A stretch of 27,903 nt of DNA. Origin: Polyangium sp. 6x1. Its GTDB lineage: Bacteria > Myxococcota_A > Polyangia > Polyangiales > Polyangiaceae. Below the pieces are notes generated by a model. The model was not told the origin of the DNA. It worked only from the letters and a program-made list of their open reading frames with translations, and did not search any database. Positions 1 through 15,611 of this stretch are shown here, in pieces. Position numbers and translations under genes: made by a program. Numbering within the stretch: position 1 is the stretch's first letter; each line of letters opens with the position of its first letter. The stretch spans positions 1 through 27,903 of the forward strand of contig NZ_JARZHH010000040.1 in assembly GCF_029946515.1 (NCBI RefSeq), read 5' to 3'.

Positions 1-152
1 CCGAGGGGGTCAAGATGGTGATGCCGGGCGACAACATCACGATGAACATCGAGCTCATCGCGCCGGTCGCGCTCGAGGAGCAGATGCGGTTCGCGATCCG
101 TGAGGGCGGCAAGACCGTCGGCGCGGGAATCGTGACGAAGATCGTCAAGTAG
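1..152 (+). CDS. tuf: Elongation factor Tu, C-terminal fragment (5' end outside window)
   Basis: Frame-3 translation ends ...[48 protein letters not shown] (stop TAG 150-152), the canonical EF-Tu C-terminus. Followed by rpmG and tRNA-Trp as in the bacterial tuf–secE–nusG cluster. Confidence 0.9.
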   Translation, partial: EGVKMVMPGDNITMNIELIAPVALEEQMRFAIREGGKTVGAGIVTKIVK

Positions 153-158
153 CGAGGC

Positions 159-359
159 GTGATGTCGGTGCAGGGCGGCGGGTCCCGTGGCTCCGGTGGA
201 GCCGCGGGAGAACGAGGGACACGTATCCCGGTCTCGCTGGCCTGCACCGAGTGTACGGCGAGAAACTACAAGACGACCAAGTCCCCCGGGGACTACGTGG
301 AACTGAAGAAGTTCTGCAAGCAGTGCAAAAAGCACACGCTGCACCGGGAGACGAAGTAG
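159..359 (+). CDS. rpmG: 50S ribosomal protein L33 (C4 zinc-ribbon type) with a ~20-aa Gly-rich N-terminal extension
   Basis: The C-terminal 45 aa, [45 protein letters not shown], match the L33 family (CxxC...CxxC). Position between tuf and tRNA-Trp is conserved. The start could instead be the ATG at 162 or the GTG at 168; the N-terminal extension is unusual. Confidence 0.8.
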   Translation: MMSVQGGGSRGSGGAAGERGTRIPVSLACTECTARNYKTTKSPGDYVELKKFCKQCKKHTLHRETK

Positions 360-420
360 TCGGATCCGAAGTAGACGAACCGCTCGGCTCGTGGCATCAG
401 TCCCGGGTCGAGCAGGTTGA

Positions 421-493
421 AGGGGTATAGCTCAGCTGGTAGAGCAGCGGATTCCAAATCCGCAGGTCGGGAGTTCGAGCCTCTCTGCCCCTG
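421..493 (+). tRNA. tRNA-Trp (anticodon CCA)
   Basis: Cloverleaf read by eye: acceptor AGGGGTA/TGCCCCT (one G·U), D-arm GCTC-AGCTGGTA-GAGC, anticodon stem GCGGA/TCCGC with loop TTCCAAA (anticodon CCA), T-arm GGGAG-TTCGAGC-CTCTC, discriminator G. The rpmG–secE position is conserved. The track ORF 417..902 overlapping it is spurious. Confidence 0.88.
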
Positions 494-643
494 CCCACAA
501 GGGCCCCTCCTTTCGCTGTCCCTTCAGCACCAGGTGGGGGTCGCACGAAACGCCTCGCTCGACCTCGCGGAAGCGAGCGGGCGAGGCGTAGATGTCGGTG
601 ACGCTGCTCGAAGCGAGATCCGGCACGTTTGGGACGAACGGCG

Positions 644-1297
644 ATGGCGACACGACGAGAGAAAGACGAGGCACGCAAGGCCCCCAAGAAGGGCTCTGCG
701 CCGGAGTCTGCCCCGGACTCGGGGGCGGACGCCTCGCTCGCGGTGCGCAAGGGGAGCGATCTCGACGTGGCGTCGGACGCAGACGAAGCCGGCGAAGAGC
801 ACGACGACGCTGCGGCGGAGGGCCCCGAGGGGCAGCCTTCGGGCGAAGAAGCCGGGGACGAGGAGGCCGCAGCGCGGCCGCTCGGCTCCGACCGCTACGT
901 GATGGCGGGGTTCTTCGGGGCGGCGATCCTCGGCGCGTACGTGCTTGGCAAGGCCATCCATGGGATCTGGGCCAACCTCGCGAACCGGGACTGGTTCAGC
1001 CGGGCGGTACCTGCGCTCGCGGCGGTCACGGACGAGGACAAGGCGACGTATGCGACCGTGATTGCGGGCGTCGTTGCGATCATCGTCACGCTGCGGACCT
1101 ATCGTCGTCCCGACGTGCGGGAGTGGACGGACGAGGTCGCTTCGGAGCTGATCAAGGTCAAGTGGCCGACCAAGAAGGACGTCACGAACTCAACCATGGT
1201 GGTCATTGCGGCGAGCGCAGTGGCCACCCTCTATCTCGCGTTGCTCGACCGGTTGTGGTCGTTCGTGACGGGCATCGTCTACGGCACTGGGAGCTAG
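644..1297 (+). CDS. secE: Preprotein translocase subunit SecE, long 3-TM form with an acidic N-terminal extension
   Basis: The C-terminus VKWPTKKDVTNSTMVVIAASAVATLYLALLDRLWSFV is the SecE signature, and three hydrophobic helices are present. The N-terminal ~90 aa are D/E/A-rich and low-complexity. An in-frame TTG at 629 (the track's start) is an alternative; the ATG at 644 is preferred. Immediately upstream of nusG. Confidence 0.85.
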   Translation: MATRREKDEARKAPKKGSAPESAPDSGADASLAVRKGSDLDVASDADEAGEEHDDAAAEGPEGQPSGEEAGDEEAAARPLGSDRYVMAGFFGAAILGAYVLGKAIHGIWANLANRDWFSRAVPALAAVTDEDKATYATVIAGVVAIIVTLRTYRRPDVREWTDEVASELIKVKWPTKKDVTNSTMVVIAASAVATLYLALLDRLWSFVTGIVYGTGS

Positions 1298-1319
1298 GGC
1301 CGTTCGGGAGCCACGCGCC

Positions 1320-1850
1320 ATGGCGAAGAAGTGGTACGTCATTCATACCTACTCGGGCTACGAGGCGAAGGTGCGCGATGCGCTCCAGCAGCGAGCGAAG
1401 CAGCACGGCCTCGAGGACAAGATTGGCGAGATCTTGATCCCGAGTGAAACGGTCACGGAGAACCGCCCCGGGGGCAAGCAGCGGGTTCGTCAGAAACTCA
1501 GCCTGCCTGGCTACATCTTCGCCGAAATGGAGATGAGCGAGACGGTGTGGCACCTCGTGAAGGACACGCCGAAGGTGACGGGCTTCATCGGCAACCAGAC
1601 GCCGCAAGAGGTCCCGTCCCCGCAGATCGAGAGTCTGCGTCGCGGCATCGTGGAGGGCGCGGTCAAGCCGAAGCCCAAGCTCACGTTCGAGGTCGGTGAA
1701 GAGGTTCGCGTGCTCGACGGCGCGTTCGCCAACTTCACCGGGACCGTGGACGACGTGAAGATGGATAAGCAGAAGCTGAAGGTCAAGGTGTCGATCTTCG
1801 GCCGTCCGACCAGCGTGGAGCTCGATTTTTCGGCCGTGGAGAAGCGCTGA
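1320..1850 (+). CDS. nusG: Transcription termination/antitermination factor NusG
   Basis: 176 aa, MAKKWYVIHTYSGYE...KOW motif region EVGEEVRVLDGAFANFTGTV. Conserved secE–nusG–rplK order. Confidence 0.95.
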   Translation: MAKKWYVIHTYSGYEAKVRDALQQRAKQHGLEDKIGEILIPSETVTENRPGGKQRVRQKLSLPGYIFAEMEMSETVWHLVKDTPKVTGFIGNQTPQEVPSPQIESLRRGIVEGAVKPKPKLTFEVGEEVRVLDGAFANFTGTVDDVKMDKQKLKVKVSIFGRPTSVELDFSAVEKR

Positions 1851-1905
1851 GCGACGTTCCGGGTCGGAACGAACAAGGTAGACGCAGCACAGAACGGGTA
1901 AAGCA

Positions 1906-2349
1906 ATGGCGAAGAAGGTCACCGGGTACGTCAAGCTTCAGCTCCCTGCGGGGAAGGCCAACCCCTCGCCGCCGGTCGGTCCTGCGCTCGGCCAGCACGG
2001 CGTGAACATCATGGCGTTCTGCAAGGACTTCAACTCGCGGACCGCCTCGCAGGGCGACATGATCATCCCGGTGGTGATCACGGTCTATTCGGACCGGTCG
2101 TTCACGTTCATTTTGAAGACGCCGCCCGCGTCGGTCCTCCTCAAGAAGGCCGCGGGGCTGGAGACCAAGAAGAAGCCTGGTTCGGGTTCGAAGGAACCGA
2201 ACAAGGTGAAGGTCGGCCAGGTGTCGCGCAAGCAACTGCAGGAGCTTGCGCAGATGAAGATGCAGGACATGAACACGACGAACCTCGAGTCGGCGATGCG
2301 CAGCATGGCGGGTACGGCCCGCTCGATGGGCATCACGATCGTCGATTGA
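1906..2349 (+). CDS. rplK: 50S ribosomal protein L11
   Basis: 147 aa, [43 protein letters not shown]... Classic L11 N-terminus. Confidence 0.95.
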   Translation: MAKKVTGYVKLQLPAGKANPSPPVGPALGQHGVNIMAFCKDFNSRTASQGDMIIPVVITVYSDRSFTFILKTPPASVLLKKAAGLETKKKPGSGSKEPNKVKVGQVSRKQLQELAQMKMQDMNTTNLESAMRSMAGTARSMGITIVD

Positions 2350-2411
2350 GTCGTTCATCGCGCGTTCTGTCGCATCTCCGTTTGGCGGAGAAGCCGGCGA
2401 CGAGCGCGCGG

Positions 2412-2457
2412 CCGCGCAAAAGCGCGGTTTTACAAGAGCACCCCCCCACGTTGGGGG
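2412..2457 (+). terminator. Attenuator-like structure in the rplK–rplA spacer: GC hairpin plus T4, then a C5/G5 hairpin
   Basis: CCGCGC-aaaa-GCGCGG (2412-2427) is followed directly by TTTT (2428-2431). CCCCC-acgtt-GGGGG (2443-2457) lies just upstream of the rplA RBS AGGAGGG (2506-2512). The spacer is 167 nt. Confidence 0.4.
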
Positions 2458-2516
2458 AGAACCACGGTTAAGAACGGCGCACCGTGGGAGGCGTAAGCCG
2501 ATAAACAGGAGGGCAG

Positions 2517-3227
2517 ATGCCGAAAGTCGCCAAGAAACGCGCTGCGGCCCAGGCCATGGTGGACCGCACGCGCAAGTACACGCTTCAAGAAGCGTGTGCG
2601 CTCGTAAAGCAGGCCGCATCGGCGAAGTTCGACGAGACCGTCGACCTCGCAGTGCGGTTGGGCGTGAACCCGCGTCACGCGGACCAGATGGTTCGCGGCG
2701 CCGTGGTCATGCCGGCCGGAACGGGCCAGTCGGTCCGCGTCCTCGTCTTCGCCAAGGGCGAAAAGGCGAAGGAAGCGGAAGCGGCGGGTGCTGATTTCGT
2801 CGGTGAGGCCGACCTGGTGAACAAGATCCAGGAAGGCTTCATGGACTTCGACCGCGTGATCGCGACGCCCGACATGATGGGCTTGGTCGGTAAGCTCGGT
2901 CGTATCCTCGGTCCGCGAGGCCTCATGCCGAACCCGAAGGTCGGCACCGTCACCGTCGATGTGAAGACGGCGGTGTCCGAAGCGAAGGCCGGCAAGGTGG
3001 AGTACCGCGTCGAGAAGGCGGGCATCGTGCACGCTCGGATCGGCAAGGTCTCCTTCAAGGAGGACGCGCTCGCCAAGAACGCGGAGGCCTTGATTCAGGC
3101 GCTCATTCGCGCGAAGCCGTCGACTGCGAAGGGGATTTATCTCCGGAGCATCACGTTGTCTTCGACGATGGGCCCGGGCGTCCGGATCGACCCGGTGCAC
3201 CTCAGCGACAAGGGTGAGGAGGGCTGA
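2517..3227 (+). CDS. rplA: 50S ribosomal protein L1
   Basis: 236 aa, [11 protein letters not shown]...[23 protein letters not shown]...[11 protein letters not shown]1 family. RBS AGGAGGG 5 nt upstream. Confidence 0.95.
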   Translation: MPKVAKKRAAAQAMVDRTRKYTLQEACALVKQAASAKFDETVDLAVRLGVNPRHADQMVRGAVVMPAGTGQSVRVLVFAKGEKAKEAEAAGADFVGEADLVNKIQEGFMDFDRVIATPDMMGLVGKLGRILGPRGLMPNPKVGTVTVDVKTAVSEAKAGKVEYRVEKAGIVHARIGKVSFKEDALAKNAEALIQALIRAKPSTAKGIYLRSITLSSTMGPGVRIDPVHLSDKGEEG

Positions 3228-3229
3228 TC

Positions 3230-3766
3230 ATGGAGCGCACGGAGAAAGAGGCTCTGGTCGGCGAGGTCAAGCAGCGATTCGATCGCATGACCTCGGCGGT
3301 CTTCCTCGACTTCACGGGGCTCAACGTCGCAGTCGTCACGAAGCTGCGCGACGAGTTCCGGAAGGCGGGCGTCGAGTACCGAGTCGTGAAAAACACGCTC
3401 GTTCGTCACGCGATCAAGCATCACGCGTGGTCGAAGAAGCTCGACGATACGCTTGTCGGGATGACCGGGATCGCCTGGAGTTACGAGGATCCCAGCGCCG
3501 CCGCGAAGGTCGTGAAGGCCTTCCGCAAGGACAAGGAACACGAGAAGCTGAAGATCAAGGCGGGCCTCATCGAGGGCCAGGTTCTCGACGCCGAAGGCGT
3601 GGAGAATCAGCTCGCGACGATGCCCGGCAAGGACGAGCTCAGGGCGACGCTGCTTGCCACGTTGCAGGCGCCTCTCCAGCAGTTCTTGCAGCAGCTCAAT
3701 GCGCCTCTTCAGAACTTCGCGTACCTGTTGAAGGCCAAGGAGGACGCGGCCGGCGGGGCGGGCTGA
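3230..3766 (+). CDS. rplJ: 50S ribosomal protein L10
   Basis: 178 aa, L10 family (…VFLDFTGLNVAVVTKLRDEFRKAGVEYRVVKNTL…). Starts 2 nt after the rplA stop. RBS GGTGAGGAGGG. Confidence 0.93.
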   Translation: MERTEKEALVGEVKQRFDRMTSAVFLDFTGLNVAVVTKLRDEFRKAGVEYRVVKNTLVRHAIKHHAWSKKLDDTLVGMTGIAWSYEDPSAAAKVVKAFRKDKEHEKLKIKAGLIEGQVLDAEGVENQLATMPGKDELRATLLATLQAPLQQFLQQLNAPLQNFAYLLKAKEDAAGGAG

Positions 3767-3850
3767 GCAGCCCACGTTCCGGGTCCGATCGTGGTCGGGG
3801 CGAAGGGGGACCGGAGGTGGTCCGGAGCTCCAAACGCTCGACCAGTGAGA

Positions 3851-3880
3851 AAGGGCATTGCGCCCTTCGGGTTTTGATCT
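3851..3880 (+). terminator. Hairpin plus U-tract (partial terminator/attenuator) between rplJ and rplL
   Basis: AAGGGC-attgc-GCCCTT (3851-3867) is followed by cgggTTTTgatct. Lies within the 176-nt rplJ–rplL spacer. Confidence 0.3.
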
Positions 3881-3942
3881 ACAGACGCGCCCCGGGGTAC
3901 TCATCCCACCGCGGCGCGCAGACGGTTTGAAGGAGTCTCGTC

Positions 3943-4332
3943 ATGGCTGAGATCACGCGGGAGCAGGTCGTCGATTACCTTTCCAACCTGCCGGTCATCC
4001 AGATCGCCGAGCTCATCAAGGAGCTCGAGAACAAGTGGGGCGTGAAGGCTGCTCCGGCCGCGGTGGCGGTGGCTGCTGCTCCGAGTGGTGGTGGTGAGGC
4101 GGCGCCCAAGGCCGAGGAGAAGACCGAGTTCGACGTCGTGCTGGCGAACGCCGGCGCGAACAAGATCGCGGTCATCAAGGCGGTCCGCGAGATCACGGGC
4201 CTTGGCCTCAAGGAGGCGAAGGACCTGGTCGAGGGCGCGCCCAAGAACGTGAAGGAAGCGGTCTCCAAGGCCGACGCCGAGGAGATGAAGAAGAAGCTCA
4301 CCGAGGCAGGTGCGACGGTCGAGCTCAAGTAA
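3943..4332 (+). CDS. rplL: 50S ribosomal protein L7/L12
   Basis: 129 aa, N-terminal dimerisation/L10-binding helix, Ala/Pro hinge, and C-terminal domain ...[66 protein letters not shown]. Confidence 0.95.
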   Translation: MAEITREQVVDYLSNLPVIQIAELIKELENKWGVKAAPAAVAVAAAPSGGGEAAPKAEEKTEFDVVLANAGANKIAVIKAVREITGLGLKEAKDLVEGAPKNVKEAVSKADAEEMKKKLTEAGATVELK

Positions 4333-4380
4333 GGATCCGGGCTTCCCGTTCAGGGACAGCGCGATCCGCCATGCGACGGC

Positions 4381-4423
4381 GGCAGGGGCGAACGTCCCTG
4401 CCGCGCGTCGAGTTTTGTCTTTG
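4381..4423 (+). terminator. rplL–rpoB intergenic hairpin plus T-rich tract (attenuator candidate)
   Basis: GGCAGGG-gcgaacgt-CCCTGCC (4381-4402) is followed by cgcgcgtcgagTTTTgtcTTT. Lies within the 272-nt rplL–rpoB spacer, the position of the known partial terminator in E. coli. Confidence 0.4.
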
Positions 4424-4604
4424 GGGGGTTTGCTGCTGCGTCTGTCGCGTGTTTCGGGCGCGTCTTCCAGGTCGCGGTAGCGCAGCCGAGTTTGTCCGTC
4501 GCCGGGACCTTTGATGGCTGTTTCGTAGCTTCGAGGCTGATGCTCGGTTCGTGGAGCGCGCGGGGATCGAGCCCTGTGCACCCGTAGGAGCCGGAGGAAT
4601 ATCG

Positions 4605-8732
<4,128 letters not shown>

Positions 8733-8738
8733 TGCCGA

Positions 8739-13070
<4,332 letters not shown>

Positions 13071-13122
13071 GGTGCAGGGGAGGGGGGCCGTCGTCGCTGA
13101 CGGCCTCCTGACCCCTCGACGC

Positions 13123-13165
13123 ACGCCCGCCCTGTCTTCAGGCGCGGGCGTGTGTTCTTTTGTTC
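13123..13165 (+). terminator. Rho-independent terminator downstream of rpoC
   Basis: ACGCCCGC-cctgtcttcaggc-GCGGGCGT hairpin (13123-13151) is followed by gtgTTCTTTTGTTc. Confidence 0.55.
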
Positions 13166-13267
13166 GGCCAGGCACGCGCCGTCTCCTGCCGATCCGCCGG
13201 ATGGCTGCTGCTTCGCGGGTCTTGGGATCCCCCGTCGTTGCGGACATGTACTATCTCTGCACTCGCG

Positions 13268-15448
13268 ATGTCCGTGCACGGCACCAACCAGCGTGTCGCT
13301 GATCGCCTGCTCTCCGAGGGCCGGATCGGGGCCGAGGAGCATCGGCGCGCCGTGGAGCACGCGAGCCGTCAGCGTGGCCGCATCGAGGACTCCCTCGTCG
13401 AGCTCGACATCGTGCCCGAAGGAGATCTCCTCAAGTACGTCGCGACGCTGCACAACACGCGGTTCGTCTCGACCGAGAAGCTCGCGAAGGCCGCGATCGA
13501 GCCGCGCGTGCTCGGCCGCGTGTTACCGAAGACCGCGAAGATGCACGGCGTCTTCCCGGTGCTGCTCGACGAGGCGAAGTCGGTGCTCTCCGTCGTCACC
13601 GCAGATCCCGACAACGACGCTGCGATCCACGAGGTGAAGCTCGCGGCGGGCGTGCGCGAGGTGCGCGCGCTCGTGGCGCGGCCGGCGGCGGTGCGCGCTG
13701 CGATCGCGCGGCACTACTTCAAGGACGCATCGGCCTTCGAGGCGGTCCTCCGTCCGGTCGCGACGAACGCGACGACCGGCGACTTCATCGACATCGATCT
13801 CGGCCCCTCGCCGGCGCGCCCTGCGACGGGGCCCGTGCCGACGCCTGCCGCATCGCCGCGCAACACGGCCGCGCAGACGCCGCCGCCGCGCGCGCCGATG
13901 CCCACGTCTCCCTCTGCGACCGGACAAACCAGCCCGTCCGTGATGGCGCGCGAGCAGACGCAGCCCTCGCCGAATGCGGGCAGCACGCAGCCCTCCGTGA
14001 ACGGCGGCGGGCCTGCGCCGCTCGCGGCGAGCGCGCAGACGTCGCCGACCGGAGGGCACGCGCCGACCACGCAGGTTCGTCCGTTGACGGCGACCACGCC
14101 GTCGCCCACGCCGCCGCCTCCACCGGTCCCGATCCTCACGCCGATCGAGACGCACGAGTACATCGAGACGCTCAACGTCCTCGTGAGCTTGCTCGAAGCG
14201 AACCGCCAGGATCTCCGCGGCCACTCGGCCGTCGTCGCGCGCCTCTGCCGCCGCACGTGCGAGCGCATCGGCCTCGCGCCTGCGCACGTCGCGGCGTTCG
14301 TCGTGGCCGCGTACCTGCACGATCTCGGCAAGATGGGCGCGTATCACCTCACCGCGCTGAACGTCGCGGAGTACGAGGGCCACCGCGTCGCGGGCCTCAA
14401 GGCCGTCGCGCTCCCGGCGCAGCTCATGGGATCGGTCGGGCTACCCGCGGAGACCGTCGCCGCGCTGCAGGCGATGTACGAGCGATACGACGGCCGCGGC
14501 TTGCCGCATGGCCTCGCCGGCAAGGAGATCCCGCTCGGCGCGCGCATCCTCGCCGTCGCGGACACCTACGCCGATCTCACGCAGAACCCGCGCAATCCGT
14601 TCCGCAAGATCCTCCGCCCGGCCGAGGCGTGCGACGTGCTCGCCGGGTATCGCGGCACGGTCTTCGATCCGAACATCGTCGACCTCTTCCGGCACGAGGT
14701 CACGGGCGACGACATGCGCGCGCGGCTTTTGTCCGAGCGGTACACCGTGCTCGTCATCGATCCGGATCCCGAGGAGACCACGGTGCTCGAGCTTCGGCTC
14801 ATCGAGCAGGGCTTCGAGGTGCGCGTCGCGCGGACCGTGGCGCAGGCGTGGCGCGAGCTCGAGGGCGGCGAGATCGCGGCGGTCGTCAGCGAGATCGACC
14901 TCGAAGAGCCGGAGATGGGCCTCGCGCTCCGCGCCGACGCGCAGAAGGAGTCGTGGGGGCGCGGGATCACGTGGGTGATCCTCACGCGCAAGAACGACCG
15001 TCACAGCGCGCAGAAGGCCTTTGATCTCGGCGTCGACGACTTCGTCGCGAAGCCGACGTCCGCGGACATCTTCGCCGCGAAGCTCCGTCAGCTCGTCGAG
15101 CGCCGCGTCGCGCGCGGCGGCGGGCGTGGCGTGACGGGATCGCTCGCGGAGATGAGCATTCCGGACATGGTCCAGGTCCTCTGGCATGGCCGCAAGACGT
15201 GCGCGCTGCGGATCCAGACTGGCAAGGGCACGGGCGAGATCCACTTCGCGGATGGGCAGGTCGTGGACGCGCGCTGGGAGCAGGTCGTCGGCGAGGAGGC
15301 CTTCTACCGGATGCTCACGTTGAACGAGGGCGAGTTCCGGCTCGAGCCGGGCGTCGAGCCCTCCGGCCGCACGATCGCTGCTTCGCCCGAGGCGCTCTTG
15401 CTCGAAGGCATGCGCCGCCTCGACGAGGGCATGCTGCACGCGCCGTAG
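13268..15448 (+). CDS. Multidomain c-di-GMP-type signalling protein: T2SSE_N/MshEN-like N-domain – Pro/Ala/Thr-rich linker – HD-GYP domain with degenerate GYP and HHE motifs – REC receiver – DUF4388-like C-domain
   Basis: 726 aa from the ATG at 13268 (MSVHGTNQRV...); the track ORF begins at an upstream alternative start. The N-domain (RVADRLLSEGRIGAEEHRRAVEHASRQ…VFPVLLDEAKSVLSVVTADPDNDAAIHEV…) fits the GspE-N / T2SSE_N profile. The HD-GYP core is HSAVVARLCRRTCERIGL…YLHDLGKMG…YERYDGRGLPHGLAGKEIPLGARILAVADTYADL; GYP is replaced by GLP and the HHE metal ligands are absent. REC: YTVLVIDPDPEE…VVSEIDLEEPEMG…WVILTRKND…FVAKP. The C-terminus LAEMSIPDMVQVLWHGRKTCALRIQTGKGTGEIHFADGQVVDARWEQVVGEEAFYRMLTLNEGEFRLE resembles DUF4388. 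Domain calls are from motif recognition, not a database search. Confidence 0.8.
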   Translation: MSVHGTNQRVADRLLSEGRIGAEEHRRAVEHASRQRGRIEDSLVELDIVPEGDLLKYVATLHNTRFVSTEKLAKAAIEPRVLGRVLPKTAKMHGVFPVLLDEAKSVLSVVTADPDNDAAIHEVKLAAGVREVRALVARPAAVRAAIARHYFKDASAFEAVLRPVATNATTGDFIDIDLGPSPARPATGPVPTPAASPRNTAAQTPPPRAPMPTSPSATGQTSPSVMAREQTQPSPNAGSTQPSVNGGGPAPLAASAQTSPTGGHAPTTQVRPLTATTPSPTPPPPPVPILTPIETHEYIETLNVLVSLLEANRQDLRGHSAVVARLCRRTCERIGLAPAHVAAFVVAAYLHDLGKMGAYHLTALNVAEYEGHRVAGLKAVALPAQLMGSVGLPAETVAALQAMYERYDGRGLPHGLAGKEIPLGARILAVADTYADLTQNPRNPFRKILRPAEACDVLAGYRGTVFDPNIVDLFRHEVTGDDMRARLLSERYTVLVIDPDPEETTVLELRLIEQGFEVRVARTVAQAWRELEGGEIAAVVSEIDLEEPEMGLALRADAQKESWGRGITWVILTRKNDRHSAQKAFDLGVDDFVAKPTSADIFAAKLRQLVERRVARGGGRGVTGSLAEMSIPDMVQVLWHGRKTCALRIQTGKGTGEIHFADGQVVDARWEQVVGEEAFYRMLTLNEGEFRLEPGVEPSGRTIAASPEALLLEGMRRLDEGMLHAP

Positions 15449-15477
15449 CGGTCATTCCAGTGACCGCTCTCTTTTCC
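15447..15477 (+). terminator. Rho-independent terminator overlapping the stop of the HD-GYP gene
   Basis: AGCGGTCA-ttccag-TGACCGCT (15447-15468) is followed by ctcTTTTcc. Confidence 0.6.
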
Positions 15478-15611
15478 TGATCTCCCGTCACCGCGCGTCT
15501 CTGGAGCGTGGAGCGGCGTAGAATGAAAGCGCCGCGCGCCTTCATGGGGTGGCTCGCGTGGCGAAGCGTTCCTCGCTCGGCGTTGCCGGGCCCTTGCCTT
15601 GGAGAATCGCG

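Noticed and set aside
417-902. 161-aa + ORF and 397..750 / 432..674 minus ORFs
   Set aside because: They overlap the tRNA-Trp gene and the secE 5' region and have no protein motifs. Spurious.
592-1437. 281-aa + ORF
   Set aside because: Alternative frame over secE and the nusG start. Gly/Arg-rich. secE and nusG are supported in their own frames.
1856-1870. GTTCC-gggtc-GGAAC hairpin just after nusG stop
   Set aside because: Short stem with no following U-tract, so unlikely to be an intrinsic terminator. nusG–rplK are usually co-transcribed. Only noted.
13166-13267. Possible -24/-12-like element GGATGGCTGCTGCTTCGC upstream of the HD-GYP gene
   Set aside because: The GG/GC spacing fits, but the -12 region reads TCGC not TTGC and the flanks do not match the consensus. 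Too weak to call without a PWM scan.
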